The notes under the pieces were generated by a model. The model was not told where the DNA came from, did no database searches, and worked only from the letters and a program-made list of their open reading frames with translations. Below, piece after piece: positions 30,191-40,778 of a DNA stretch of 64,000 nt. The first letter of the stretch is position 1, and each line of letters starts with the position of its first letter. Source of the DNA: Candidatus Omnitrophota bacterium. Lineage in GTDB: Bacteria > Omnitrophota > Gorgyraeia > Duberdicusellales > 4484-171. The position numbers and the translations under genes were made by a program. Location of the stretch: assembly GCA_003154195.1 (NCBI GenBank), contig PMCS01000009.1:19014-83013 (forward strand). Direction: 5' to 3'.

Positions 30191-30892
30191 CTATCCGATA
30201 TTTTCTTCCAGCTCCCCAATGGATTCGCTGACTCGATGAAGCAAGGCGATGAGGCCGGCGCAGGATTTGTTTAAATCCGGACAAGCCTGGCGCAGGCCCC
30301 TTAACGCCTCAAGCGAACCGGTGACGGCCTTGGCGCAGACATCAAGCTGGGCGACACCGTCATGCAAGCCAAACTCATCTTTATCGTCCGCCGCCAGGAT
30401 ACCGGTTAAAGCGCGTTTCATTTTTACCGCCAACAACATGTGGTAGCGGGCGATAGTTTCAGTTTCTTTTTTTGCCGCGGGGTATTCCCGATAGGCGTAT
30501 TGGATAAACTTATGGGCGAAGCCCATATACTTATCGCATAACCCTGTTACCGGATGTTTATCGACGCGGCGCCCTGTCTCCCCTTCTTCCTCCACACTTT
30601 CCTGAGCGTCAAAAGCATCAGTATCGGTATCATGCTCTACCGCGAAATCCTCTAACCCCTGGAGCGCGTTACCAAAATGGGCTTCAAATATCTCCGGGAT
30701 GATTTCATGGTCATCGGGGTCGCGGCCAAGTGAAATATTGGTGACCTTTTGCTCAAATTCTACCTGGTAGACCCGGCATTTATTCTGGATAGAATCGGGG
30801 CATTGCTCGCACCACCGGTCGCAGAAATTATAGGGCGACTTCTTTTTAAGCCGTTCGTTTTCCTTGCGTATCCGCTCAATTCGTTTTGGCAT
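30191..30892 (-). CDS. Hypothetical protein with Cys cluster
   Basis: YNFCDRWCEQC..C motif; co-oriented long ORF. Confidence 0.7.
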   Translation of the reverse strand: MPKRIERIRKENERLKKKSPYNFCDRWCEQCPDSIQNKCRVYQVEFEQKVTNISLGRDPDDHEIIPEIFEAHFGNALQGLEDFAVEHDTDTDAFDAQESVEEEGETGRRVDKHPVTGLCDKYMGFAHKFIQYAYREYPAAKKETETIARYHMLLAVKMKRALTGILAADDKDEFGLHDGVAQLDVCAKAVTGSLEALRGLRQACPDLNKSCAGLIALLHRVSESIGELEENIG

Positions 30893-31007
30893 CTTTTTAA
30901 CCCAAAAAGTATATCATGCGCCGCCTAAAATCAAACTCGGCACCTTCTATTAACCTTGAATTTTAAATGGCGGGAAAAAATATCGCACCAATTATAAATT
31001 GGCAGGG

Positions 31008-31355
31008 TTATAAATCTTTTTCGTCCACGTGGAATTTGTGGAGCATTCGATGCGCGACCGGCGATAAAACGATTCCCATCACGGCGATAAACACGAGCCC
31101 GCTGAAAAGAGCATAAAACGAAGCGAAAATTTTCGCGGCGTTGTTAACTAGCGAGTTTACCGGGCCCATGCCGCCTAAAATCATCGACGCGTTTAACAAC
31201 GCGTCGACCCACCCAAGGCCGGCAATCCAATGATATCCGGCAACCCCGATAAGCAAGGCGGCTAAAATCAATAAAACGGCGGCGGCCAGGCACCGCCCCA
31301 ATCTTTTTATGAAAACCAGAACCGAAGCTACTTTTTGGTGTTTGCGTTCGAACAT
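31008..31355 (-). CDS. Small 2-TM membrane protein, ion-channel-pore-like
   Basis: TM-WVDALLNASMILGGMGP-TM layout. Confidence 0.65.
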   Translation of the reverse strand: MFERKHQKVASVLVFIKRLGRCLAAAVLLILAALLIGVAGYHWIAGLGWVDALLNASMILGGMGPVNSLVNNAAKIFASFYALFSGLVFIAVMGIVLSPVAHRMLHKFHVDEKDL

Positions 31356-31494
31356 ATCTAAGAAAAAAGCCGCCCGCTTATGCCCAGGAAAACCTTTTAT
31401 TCTCCTTCGCCAAATCTTGCCACAGGATGGCTACGGAGATATGAAGCTAGATATCCCACGCCCTGCCTGCCGCGGGGAATACATTTGTGCTTCA

Positions 31495-32853
31495 TTACCT
31501 GACTTCTTCATAAAGTAAATATTCCGCGTCAATCAATCCCTGGCGATAAGCATTCTCTAATGAGTCCTTGAATGTTTGCATACCTTCGTTTTTACCGGTT
31601 TGGATAATCGACCGGATCTGCGCCCAATCGCCGTTTCTGATTATGCTTTTAACCGCGTCGGTAGAAGTCACGACTTCCGAAATAAGAGTAAACCCGCTCT
31701 TATCCATTCGCGGCAGTAACAGCTGGGTCGTCACGCCTCTTAGAACCAGCGCCAACCGGGAAAGCATATGGCGCTGCACCTCGGGAGGGAAAAAAGATAT
31801 TACCCGATCCAGGGCTTGAGTGGAATTAGCCGCGTGTAAGGTAGTAAATACTAAAATGCCGCTTTCGGCCGCGGTAATCGCTACTTCCATGGTTGCCTGG
31901 TCTAAAATTTCTCCGATAACCAATACGGTCGGGTCCTGGCGAAGGGCATTTCTCGCCGCGTTGGCAAAAGAAAGAGTGTCTACCCCTATCTCTCTTTGTT
32001 TTATAATACACTTTCGATCGGTATGCAAATACTCGATTGGGTCTTCCAGGGAGACGATTACCCCCTTTTTTTCTTGATTATATAGCTCCACTAAAGAAGC
32101 GATGGTCGTACTTTTACCGGAACCGGTCCTTCCCGCGATGATAATCAATCCGCTGTTATTATTCAACCATTTCTCGACCACGGGAGGAACTCCGATCTCC
32201 GAAGGTAAAGACACCCGATAGGGTAAAAGCCGGAATACCGCTTCGACTTTACGCCGCTGCATATGCATATTTACGCGGAACCGGATCTCTTTGCTGTAAG
32301 TATAAACAAAATTCAGTTCTTTTTCCGCCAAAAACTTCTTATGCCGATCCCTATCCAGCATCCCAAACAATAAACACTGCAGGCTATGCGAGTCAAAAAC
32401 TTCGCCTCCGGCGGTAACCCACTCTCCGATCTTCTTCATCACCGGAGGATAGCCTACGGTAAAATATATATCGATGACATTCTTTAAATTAACCCCCTGC
32501 AAAACCTTTTTTATATTAGCCCGGCGCAGGAAATCGTCTAGCTTGCCTTTATCCTCATCGTTGATTTTATCAATCTGGACGCCGACGATATATTCCTTAT
32601 CATCACTAACCTCGATTCGTGCCACGCGCCCTTCGAAAGAAATTTTATCCGCATCCGAAACAAGCATAGTAATTTTGAGCAGACTGCTCAACTCCATTAG
32701 TTCCTTACAAACAAAACCTACCCCCAGCAGCCCCATGTCTTGTCCGTAGACCTTAACCGCGATACCCAATTTACCGCTATCGAGAATTTTTTCATATTGC
32801 ATGGGAAAACGTATCAGCGTTCTTTCTTCCCGGCGATTATTTTTTCCTTTCAT
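31495..32853 (-). CDS. PilZ domain fused to PilT/PilU-type retraction ATPase
   Basis: RREER and DMGLLG; GRTGSGKSTT, EDPIEY, QREIG, LRQDP, TTLHA, GMQTF; ATG 32853 after GGGAGG. Confidence 0.88.
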   Translation of the reverse strand: MKGKNNRREERTLIRFPMQYEKILDSGKLGIAVKVYGQDMGLLGVGFVCKELMELSSLLKITMLVSDADKISFEGRVARIEVSDDKEYIVGVQIDKINDEDKGKLDDFLRRANIKKVLQGVNLKNVIDIYFTVGYPPVMKKIGEWVTAGGEVFDSHSLQCLLFGMLDRDRHKKFLAEKELNFVYTYSKEIRFRVNMHMQRRKVEAVFRLLPYRVSLPSEIGVPPVVEKWLNNNSGLIIIAGRTGSGKSTTIASLVELYNQEKKGVIVSLEDPIEYLHTDRKCIIKQREIGVDTLSFANAARNALRQDPTVLVIGEILDQATMEVAITAAESGILVFTTLHAANSTQALDRVISFFPPEVQRHMLSRLALVLRGVTTQLLLPRMDKSGFTLISEVVTSTDAVKSIIRNGDWAQIRSIIQTGKNEGMQTFKDSLENAYRQGLIDAEYLLYEEVR

Positions 32854-32900
32854 TCCCCCTCCCATTATTGGCAGCGGCCTGTCAAAAACAAACAAATTTC

Positions 32901-33009
32901 AACCACATGATTGCACAGATTTCACTGAAAAATATAAATTCCGATAATGTAAAAAACTGAAAATCTTAAAAATCTGTGAAATCTTGTGAAATCAGTGGTT
33001 GCAGTTTTT
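32901..33009. repeat. About 110-bp MITE-like element; inverted copy at 49398-49510
   Basis: AACCAC...GTGGTT termini and shared core ACATTATCGGAATTT. Confidence 0.8.
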
Positions 33010-33150
33010 ATATCGCTTATAGTCTATCAGCTTAAAGACAAACAGCAAACAAGATACAGCACTCTTTAATTATAACAAAACGGGCAGGTTTTGGTAGAGT
33101 TTTAGCTTTTTATTTGAACTGCGGAAAACCGCCAATTTATTCGGCGGATG

Positions 33151-33275
33151 CCCGCCTTGCCCGCGGCTTCGCCGTGAGGCGAGCCGAGCAAGGCGAAGCA
33201 GGAATGCGGGGCAAATAATTCCTGCCTCGCTCGCCTCACGGCGAAGCCGTGGGCCTTATAGCTCATCAAGGCGGG
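33151..33275. repeat. Nested GC-rich palindrome
   Basis: 9-bp outer arms, 25-bp inner arms (33160-33184 / 33229-33253), inner GCAGGAAT/ATTCCTGC. Confidence 0.8.
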
Positions 33276-33352
33276 CCGCCGCAGTCTGGCGGGATCATTT
33301 AGGTGAAGCCGGCGACGAAGTCGGCGGTAATTCACTTATATTTTAGCAGAAC

Positions 33353-33913
33353 TCAAAACGATGCCCTGAAAACATAGCTTATGGAGTTTTTTTTGAACTG
33401 GGGGCGGCCTTTGATATGAAAAACTTTCACGCTGAGCCTATCCTTTACCCATTCCTCTACATCTTTGGCTTTAAAGTACAGGTAAAATATATCCACTCCC
33501 AGAAGATCCCGCCACTTTTCCCTCAACACTTCTTTACCATCGCTATTTGTATTACTATTATCGGTAATTTGTGTTTTGAAATTAAAGTTATACCGGGTAT
33601 AAGCAAGTTTCTCCTGGGTGTCGCGGTAAGACACGTAAACTCTTTCGCCGGCATAACCTTTTTCCCGAATAAGCATCATCCAGCTATAATAGGTTAGATA
33701 ATCCGGGCGCAAGCGTACGGCCTTATCCGGTTTAGGGTTGAAATCGGATAAGTAAAGCGCTGGGGAATGGAAAAAATTTATCTGGCTGATTGAGCTAAAA
33801 GGTAGGATTTCTATAGCGCGGCCGTCGTCCTGCGCGCAAGCACTGGACGCGAAAGAAAAAATAACAATCCCGCCGATGATGGCCGCTATTTTCAGATGTT
33901 TCACATAGAACAC
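33353..33913 (-). CDS. Hypothetical exported protein
   Basis: Signal peptide, C-terminal Phe, SD AAGGAG. Confidence 0.65.
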   Translation of the reverse strand: MFYVKHLKIAAIIGGIVIFSFASSACAQDDGRAIEILPFSSISQINFFHSPALYLSDFNPKPDKAVRLRPDYLTYYSWMMLIREKGYAGERVYVSYRDTQEKLAYTRYNFNFKTQITDNSNTNSDGKEVLREKWRDLLGVDIFYLYFKAKDVEEWVKDRLSVKVFHIKGRPQFKKNSISYVFRASF

Positions 33914-34351
33914 GCTCCTTCATCGCTAATTCGCCAAAACCATAACTGCTGAGGAATAAAACTCAGCCCATGCTTTGGCGAGTTAGATGTTTGAAAACCT
34001 TATGGTTTTTCCGCCAATGGCGGACTCACCTAAATATTTATTAATTGTGGCAAGCAAACTTTCCTTCAATTTGAATATAACACGATATCCTCTATAAACC
34101 CAATTTTTAGCAAGTAAATATTCTTTATATCTCCTTGATTACCAGGATGTTGCATCGCGATAAAAATAGTTATTGGAAGATTGGGTTAAAAATGCGGTTA
34201 ATTGGAAATGCGATTCAGATATTTTTCTGGAAAGGGAAAGCTTGCTCGCCAAAAGTTGGAAACTTTTGGCGAAGTCTCGCCTTGGCGGAAAAACCGTAAG
34301 TTTCCATATACCTAATCTGAACGAGCTTTTTTAGTTTTACTTCCGGCTCGT

Positions 34352-34639
34352 TCAGATTAGAAATAGTTCCTGGAGAAATTCGCTTACCGGGTGGGTGTCT
34401 TTTTGTTCAGCTTTCCTGATCAGTTCGATAAGTTTGCCCTTAGCAGAAACAGCTTCGCGGATTTTTTCGAGATTAAAATCGATCTCGCCGTCAAAATAGG
34501 CGCATAAATCATCCATAAATTTTTCGACGGTATAGCCGGTAAAGTAATCGTGCAATTTTTTTCGGCGCTCGCGCGCCCGGCGCCGCTCTTCTTTAATATC
34601 GAAATCCGGCTTTTCTTCGCGGGAATCTTCCTGTTTCAT
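34352..34639 (-). CDS. Hypothetical protein
   Basis: Directly downstream of and co-oriented with dGTPase gene. Confidence 0.6.
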   Translation of the reverse strand: MKQEDSREEKPDFDIKEERRRARERRKKLHDYFTGYTVEKFMDDLCAYFDGEIDFNLEKIREAVSAKGKLIELIRKAEQKDTHPVSEFLQELFLI

Positions 34640-34650
34640 TTTTTGTTTTT

Positions 34651-35856
34651 CTATACACGGTTCGGCAGCGGTTTAAAAACATAACCAAAACTCTGCGGTA
34701 CGAAGTTTTCATTGAACTGGTTGTTGAAAAAATCGTCGGTCATGCCGGCGATAAAATCAACTACCGCGCGCTTGACCGGGGTTTCCCTGCGATAACGCCT
34801 GCTCATGCGCTGCCAGTAGTGGTAGGCGAAAGAATTATTATCACGGCCTTTTATATTATCGTAATATTTATCGAACAACCGCGCAAACATATCGGCGATC
34901 TTATCGCTTTGGGTCTTGATCTGCGGATTAAAATAAATATTTTCGTGGTTGAATATCCGCAGTTCGCATAAAGCGTCAAAAATATCATTACTGAATTCTA
35001 AAAACGGCTTATTGTAGCTGTTGGCGATTAAATCCATCACCAGGGTATTGATAATCTCATTATTGGAACTACCCAAGACTTTTCTTATTTTTGAAGGAAT
35101 GTCCGGGCGTTTTATCAACCGGACGGTTATCGCGTCTTCGATATCCCTGCCGATATAGGCAACAACATCGCAAATCCTTACCACGCAGCCCTCAAGCGTC
35201 ATCGGCCTGATTTTTTTACCGAAACTGCGGTCAAGGAAACACTTTCGATATTGCTCCCGGAAAACTGCCCAATCCTTAAGTTTATCCGGCTCGTATCTCG
35301 GGCTAAGCATCTCCCCGTTATGCGCCAGAATCCCATCCAGCACTTGCAGGGTAAGATTCAAGCCCTGGCCGTTTTTTTCAATATCTTTTAAGAAGCGTGC
35401 GCTTTGAACATTGTGGCTGAATGAACCTATCTTGTGAACATGGCATATTTTATCGAGAACCTTTTCGCCATCGTGGCCGTAAGGGACATGCCCGATATCA
35501 TGGCCCAGAGCAATCGCCTCAACCAAATCTTCGTTTAACCGCAGGGCCCGGCCGACCACCCTTCCGATCTTCGCGACGAACTGAACATGGAGAACACGAT
35601 GAGTGATGTGGTCGTTCTCAAAAAGATAAAATACCTGGGTTTTATCGATGTACCGTGCGTAGGACTGAGAATGGATAATCCGGTCGGTATCATGGAAAAA
35701 AGCCGGGCGGATATTGCGCGCGTCAGGCACTTTTTCGCCCTGCGAAGAAAAACGCACGGCGCAGCTGCTGGGGCAGGCGTATTGGGAAAGAATATTTTTT
35801 TCCCGGACAAGATTAACTTCGATTATTTTTTTAAAGATATCGGTTTTACGCAACAT
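34651..35856 (-). CDS. dGTP triphosphohydrolase-like HD protein
   Basis: DRIIHS, KTQVF, GHDIGHVPYGHDGE, DIEDAI, DFIAGMTD; start 35856 or 35886. Confidence 0.9.
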   Translation of the reverse strand: MLRKTDIFKKIIEVNLVREKNILSQYACPSSCAVRFSSQGEKVPDARNIRPAFFHDTDRIIHSQSYARYIDKTQVFYLFENDHITHRVLHVQFVAKIGRVVGRALRLNEDLVEAIALGHDIGHVPYGHDGEKVLDKICHVHKIGSFSHNVQSARFLKDIEKNGQGLNLTLQVLDGILAHNGEMLSPRYEPDKLKDWAVFREQYRKCFLDRSFGKKIRPMTLEGCVVRICDVVAYIGRDIEDAITVRLIKRPDIPSKIRKVLGSSNNEIINTLVMDLIANSYNKPFLEFSNDIFDALCELRIFNHENIYFNPQIKTQSDKIADMFARLFDKYYDNIKGRDNNSFAYHYWQRMSRRYRRETPVKRAVVDFIAGMTDDFFNNQFNENFVPQSFGYVFKPLPNRV

Positions 35857-35888
35857 AATATATCCTGGGCATAAGACCTTATCCAAAT

Positions 35889-35978
35889 TTCATTTTAAAT
35901 TACCCTTTGGACGTTGGCCATTTTAAATTTTTAAAAAATGAAAAATGTGAAATGACAAATGATAATTTTAAAATGAAT
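35889..35978. repeat. AT-rich palindromic element; second copy 46270-46358
   Basis: Shared GCCATTTTAAATTTTTAAAAA..ATG...GATAATTTTAAAATGAAT. Confidence 0.75.
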
Positions 35979-35980
35979 CT

Positions 35981-38900
35981 TTATTTGCCCTTTTCTTCCT
36001 CCGCTTTCCTTTTCCTTTCTTCGATTACCCTCTGGGTAACTTCATAAGGCACTTCCGTATACTTGGCAAATTCCATGGAACAGCTGGCGCGGCCGCTGGA
36101 AAGTGAACGCAATGCCGTGGTGTAACCGAATAATTCCGAAAGGGGCGCCTCCGCGGAAATCACCTTCTGGTTATTCCGTGAATCCATGCTTAAAACTTTA
36201 CCCCGATGCGAGCAGACATTGCCGACAACAGCTCCGGCGTAATCTTCCGGCGTGGTTATCTCTAGTTTCATCTGCGGCTCAAGCAATACCGGCGCGCACT
36301 TGGTAAACGCCTGGCGGAAACAGCCGATGGCCGCCATCTTAAACGCTAATTCCGAAGAATCGACCTCATGGAACGAACCGTCCACAAGATTAGCCTCAAT
36401 ATCCGCTACCGGATACCCGGCGAGGCCGCCCCTCCGCATCGCTTCGACTAACCCTTTTTCCACAGCGGGGATAAAGTTCCGGGGGATCGCCCCGCCGACA
36501 ATACTGTTTTTGAATTTAAACCCCTCGCCGCGGGCGGCGGGTGAGAATTCGATAACCACATGGCCGTACTGGCCGCGGCCGCCGGATTGTTTAACGTGTT
36601 TGTATTCTTCGGAAGCCCCCTTACCGATCGATTCCCGGTAAGCCACCTTAGGCTTTCCCACTACCGCTTCGACGCCGAATTCATGCTTCAGCCGGTCCAC
36701 GATGATTTCCAAGTGGAGCTCGCCCATACCGGTCAAAATCGTTTCCTTGGTTTCTTCATCGGATTGAACCATAAACGTAGGGTCTTCTTCCGCCAGCTTC
36801 GCCAGTCCTTTAGCCAGTTTATCCTGGTCGGCGCGGGTCGCCGCGGCAATGCTGAGCGATACCACCGGCGTGGGAAATTTTATCGACTCAAGCAACACCG
36901 GATACTCGACATCACAAAGCGTATCGCCGGTAATCGTACTGCTCAGGCCGACTGCGGCGGCGATTTCTCCGGCAAAAACGCTGTCCCGGGATTCGCGCTG
37001 GTTGGCGTGCATCTGGAAAATCCGGCCAATCCGCTCTTTCTTATCTTTGGTCGCGTTCAAGACATAGGATCCGGCTTCCATTGTCCCGGAATAAACCCGG
37101 AAATAGACCAGCTTACCCATATGCGGATCGGTTTGGATCTTAAATGCCAGGGCGGTAAAGGGCTCATCATCCTTAGCGTAGCGAATGATTTCTTTTTCCG
37201 GATCGTTGACGTCATGCCCCTTGATCGGAGGCAGATCCAGGGGCGAAGGGAGATAATCGATAACCGCGTCCAAAAGTTTTTGCACGCCTTTATTTTTAAA
37301 TGACGCTCCGCAGAGAACCGGCACTGCCTTGCCGGCTATCGTCCCCTTGCGAATCGCGGCTTTTATTTCTTCGTTAGTTATCGTCGACTCCGCTTCGAGA
37401 TATTTTCTGGCTAAATCGTCGTCGAGGGAAGCCGCTTTCTCAATCATTTTGTGGCGGTATTCGACCGCCTTATCTTTAAGCTCCGCCGGAATTTCTTCAA
37501 TATTGTAGTCCTTGCCCAGAGAAGTATCTTCATAAATATAGGCTTTCATCTCCAGAAGGTCGATAATGCCTTTAAAATTATCTTCGGCGCCGACCGGGAT
37601 AACCAGCGGTATGGCGTCGGCGCCTAATTTATCCTCGATTTCTTCGAGGACCTTAAAGAAATCGGCGCCCAGACGATCCATTTTATTCACAAATGCCACT
37701 TTCGGAACATGATACTTTTCCGACTGGCGCCAGACCGTTTCCGACTGCGGCTCGACGCCGCCTACAGCGCAGTAAAGCGCCACCGCGCCGTCAAGGACAC
37801 GTAAACTGCGCTCCACTTCCACGGTAAAATCCACATGCCCCGGCGTATCGATAATATTGATACGGTAGTTGTTCCAAAAACAAGTCGTGGCGGCACTGGT
37901 GATGGTAATCCCCCTTTCCTGCTCCTGCTTCATCCAATCCATCGTCGCCTTGCCGTCATGGACCTCGCCGATCTTATGGGAACGGCCGGTATAATAAAGA
38001 ATACGCTCGGTAGTCGTGGTTTTCCCGGCGTCGATGTGCGCCATAATCCCGATATTGCGCAATTTAGAAAGATCGATATGCGCTTTAGCCTCTTTGGCGT
38101 CTTTCGCGGTTTTATCTTTCGGCGCTTTTTCTTCGGGAGAAGCCGTTTCTTGCGGTTTTTGCTCCGGCGCGGCGGCTTCCGGACTGGTTTTGTCTTCCTG
38201 AACCGGCGGCAGCTCTTCCGGTTCTGCCGCTTCCGGCGCGGCAGTCGCTGCCGAGACCGCCGGAACTTCGGCTTCGGCCGCAGGAGCGGCCGGAACATTT
38301 ATCTTTTCCGGCGCGGTCGAAATCGGCGCCGGTTCTTGTTTATTTTCTTCCCGGGGTTCAACCGAAGTTTCCCCGCCGGCCGTCTCACCCGTTTCCGCCT
38401 TTGGTCGAGGTTCGGCCGGCACGGCTTCCTTTTTTTCCTCTTCGGGCGCGTTTTCCGCGGCCGGAGCCGCGGCCGGAACCGCCGGCGGAACCACCGACGA
38501 TACGGACTCAACCTTAGCTCCGCCGTTTACCCCTTCCGGCTCCGGGCCGGCGACAATCGTTTCTGCCTCAACTTTTTCTTCTTTTCCCTGAGGCTTCGCT
38601 TCTTTCAATTCCGGCTCGACTTCCGTTTTAACCGCGGCCGGCAAAACCGCCGCCTTTTCTTCTTTTCGGCCGAAAACTTCTTTAGCGATCTTATCTAATT
38701 CGCTGGGCGGCTCGGCGTTTATGGTTTCGGCTTCCGGCTCTTTTTTCCTTGCTCCCGGTTCCGGCCGTAACTGCTTAAGTGTTTCCTCTTTTTCTTTTAA
38801 GCGAGTTAACAGGAAATCGTACTCTTCTTTGGAAACCCAGCTGCTGGCGGTACTCTTCTTTTTAAAGTCGCCGACGATCGTGCTGAGTTCTTTCACCTTG

Positions 38901-39451
38901 ATGCCGGCGTCTTCAACTTCTTTCAGGTGTTTTTTTATCTGGGCTTTGAGAAGGTTACTCTCCTCGGCCAATTCTTTATTTTTTGCTTCCAGCGGCGCCA
39001 CTCGTTCCTGCGTTTCGCGTATTGTTTTAGACAACTTGACATTTTGAGAAAATTGCTCGTCTCGCTCTTTCTCTTTACCAAGCACCCTCTCCTGCAATTG
39101 AGCGTTTTCTTTTTTAAGCTGCGCCTGGCGTTCCTCGAATTCCTCTTTTTTTACTGTCCCCTCTTTCAATGCCGCTTCCCTTCCCAGGGCCGCGGCCAGC
39201 TCAACTTTAACCTTAGCGGCTTCGAGCCGGGAAGAATCCAATTCCGATTGTATCGCGGCGATTTGTTCTTCCGGCTTTATTTTGGGACGGGCTTCTTTTT
39301 TAAATAACGTTAGTTTGGCTTTCGTTTCGGCAGGCTTAGGCGCCTTTTTCTTTTCCCGGCTACCCATCCCTCGGGAAGGTATAAAAAAAACGGCAAGCAA
39401 AGCTCCCACACATAGAATAACAAATAAACCTATCAAAAACATCCCATCCAT
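35981..39451 (-). CDS. fusA: Elongation factor G with about 460-aa N-terminal extension (TM anchor, coiled coil, P/A/E-rich linker)
   Basis: [56 protein letters not shown]; single uninterrupted frame; GAGG SD. Confidence 0.9.
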   Translation of the reverse strand: MDGMFLIGLFVILCVGALLAVFFIPSRGMGSREKKKAPKPAETKAKLTLFKKEARPKIKPEEQIAAIQSELDSSRLEAAKVKVELAAALGREAALKEGTVKKEEFEERQAQLKKENAQLQERVLGKEKERDEQFSQNVKLSKTIRETQERVAPLEAKNKELAEESNLLKAQIKKHLKEVEDAGIKVKELSTIVGDFKKKSTASSWVSKEEYDFLLTRLKEKEETLKQLRPEPGARKKEPEAETINAEPPSELDKIAKEVFGRKEEKAAVLPAAVKTEVEPELKEAKPQGKEEKVEAETIVAGPEPEGVNGGAKVESVSSVVPPAVPAAAPAAENAPEEEKKEAVPAEPRPKAETGETAGGETSVEPREENKQEPAPISTAPEKINVPAAPAAEAEVPAVSAATAAPEAAEPEELPPVQEDKTSPEAAAPEQKPQETASPEEKAPKDKTAKDAKEAKAHIDLSKLRNIGIMAHIDAGKTTTTERILYYTGRSHKIGEVHDGKATMDWMKQEQERGITITSAATTCFWNNYRINIIDTPGHVDFTVEVERSLRVLDGAVALYCAVGGVEPQSETVWRQSEKYHVPKVAFVNKMDRLGADFFKVLEEIEDKLGADAIPLVIPVGAEDNFKGIIDLLEMKAYIYEDTSLGKDYNIEEIPAELKDKAVEYRHKMIEKAASLDDDLARKYLEAESTITNEEIKAAIRKGTIAGKAVPVLCGASFKNKGVQKLLDAVIDYLPSPLDLPPIKGHDVNDPEKEIIRYAKDDEPFTALAFKIQTDPHMGKLVYFRVYSGTMEAGSYVLNATKDKKERIGRIFQMHANQRESRDSVFAGEIAAAVGLSSTITGDTLCDVEYPVLLESIKFPTPVVSLSIAAATRADQDKLAKGLAKLAEEDPTFMVQSDEETKETILTGMGELHLEIIVDRLKHEFGVEAVVGKPKVAYRESIGKGASEEYKHVKQSGGRGQYGHVVIEFSPAARGEGFKFKNSIVGGAIPRNFIPAVEKGLVEAMRRGGLAGYPVADIEANLVDGSFHEVDSSELAFKMAAIGCFRQAFTKCAPVLLEPQMKLEITTPEDYAGAVVGNVCSHRGKVLSMDSRNNQKVISAEAPLSELFGYTTALRSLSSGRASCSMEFAKYTEVPYEVTQRVIEERKRKAEEEKGK

Positions 39452-39735
39452 ATCGCCTCAAACCTCTTCGCTTCAGAGCAATGGAGCTAAGCATCACCAT
39501 GTAGCATCGGGACAAGTTTTATTGCCCGGCGTTAATTTTACTATGTCAAAATTAGTACTAAACTCATTGCCCTTCGACTCGTAGTTCGACTTTGTTCACT
39601 ATCCCTCGAACATCCCGAGCGAAGTCGAGGGACTGTCGCTCGCTCATGGTTTCACCGCCCCCATAGATACCTATATAAAGAAGCGGGATCCCGCCAAGGG
39701 CGGGAAATTTTTCCGGCTGTATCCAGCCGGAAAAA

Positions 39736-40653
39736 TTAAATATATTCCACCATCCGCTCCAACGCGGTTTTTGCCTGCTTGATGATTTGCTCATCAAGCT
39801 CAATTTCATAGATCTCATGGCTTAAAGCCCGATGCAATTCGTTCAAGGTTGTCTTTTTCATATTTATACAGGTACGCGCGGTTCCCAGAGAATAGAATTC
39901 TTTTTGGGGATTTTCTTTTTGCAGCCGATAGACAAGCGCCTCTTCGGTTCCAATGATAAACACTTTAGCGCCCGATTCTTTGGCACGCTTTAACATCCCC
40001 GCCGTAGAAACAACATAGTCGGCCTTTTCCAATATTTCACTGCGGCATTCGGGATGCGCGAGGACTTCCGCCTCGGGAAAATTTTTCTTCGCTTCTTCTA
40101 AGTCTTTTAAGGTAAATTGTTCGTGCACATAACAAAAACCCTGCCAGACAATAATTTCTTTTTCCGGAACATTTTTCTTAACCCACCAGCCTAAATTCTT
40201 ATCCGGCACAAAAATAACTTTTTTTGCCGGGATGCCCCGGACGACCTGTATAGCGTTGCTGGAAGTACAACATACATCGCTCAGCGCTTTTACGCTTGCC
40301 GCAGTATTGACATAGCTGACCACCCAGGCGCCGGGATGTTTCTTTTTTAATTCCTCGACTTCTTCCGGTTCAATCGTATCCGCCAGGGGGCATCCGGCCT
40401 CTAAAACCGGTAAAATAATTCTTTTTTGCGGCGAGAGTATCTTGGCGGTCTCCGCCATGAATTTAACCCCGCAAAAAATAATTAGCTTCTCGACGAGCTT
40501 GGCGGAAATCCGGGAAAGCTCCAGTGAATCCCCCAGGTAATCGGCGACATTCTGGATATCGGGAATCTGGTAATTATGCGCCAGGATTACCGCGCCTTTT
40601 TCTTTCTTCAGCCTCTGGATTTCGGCGTTTAACACTTCCCGATTAATGCTCAT
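39736..40653 (-). CDS. nadA: Quinolinate synthase
   Basis: ILAHNYQ, GDSLEL, FCGVKFMAE, AGCPLA, CTSSNA, AHPEC. Confidence 0.97.
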   Translation of the reverse strand: MSINREVLNAEIQRLKKEKGAVILAHNYQIPDIQNVADYLGDSLELSRISAKLVEKLIIFCGVKFMAETAKILSPQKRIILPVLEAGCPLADTIEPEEVEELKKKHPGAWVVSYVNTAASVKALSDVCCTSSNAIQVVRGIPAKKVIFVPDKNLGWWVKKNVPEKEIIVWQGFCYVHEQFTLKDLEEAKKNFPEAEVLAHPECRSEILEKADYVVSTAGMLKRAKESGAKVFIIGTEEALVYRLQKENPQKEFYSLGTARTCINMKKTTLNELHRALSHEIYEIELDEQIIKQAKTALERMVEYI

Positions 40654-40778
40654 TGCTTATCTCATTAGAATAATGATGACCGCCGATGAGAAGATGCAGA
40701 TGACCACAGATAAAATAATCAAATTCCCAACAGCTATCTGCGATCATCTGTTTCTTTTAATCCGCGATCATCTGCGTA

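Noticed and set aside
33102-33335. 77-aa ORF
   Set aside because: Runs through the nested palindrome; likely a by-product of GC-rich repeats.
38040-38110. Independent start for a normal-length EF-G at TTG 38062
   Set aside because: Nearest GAGG is over 25 nt upstream and no stop separates it from the extension; not fully excluded.
36252-38698. Long + strand ORFs (36560-37303, 37835-38698)
   Set aside because: Antisense shadows of fusA with no recognisable motifs.
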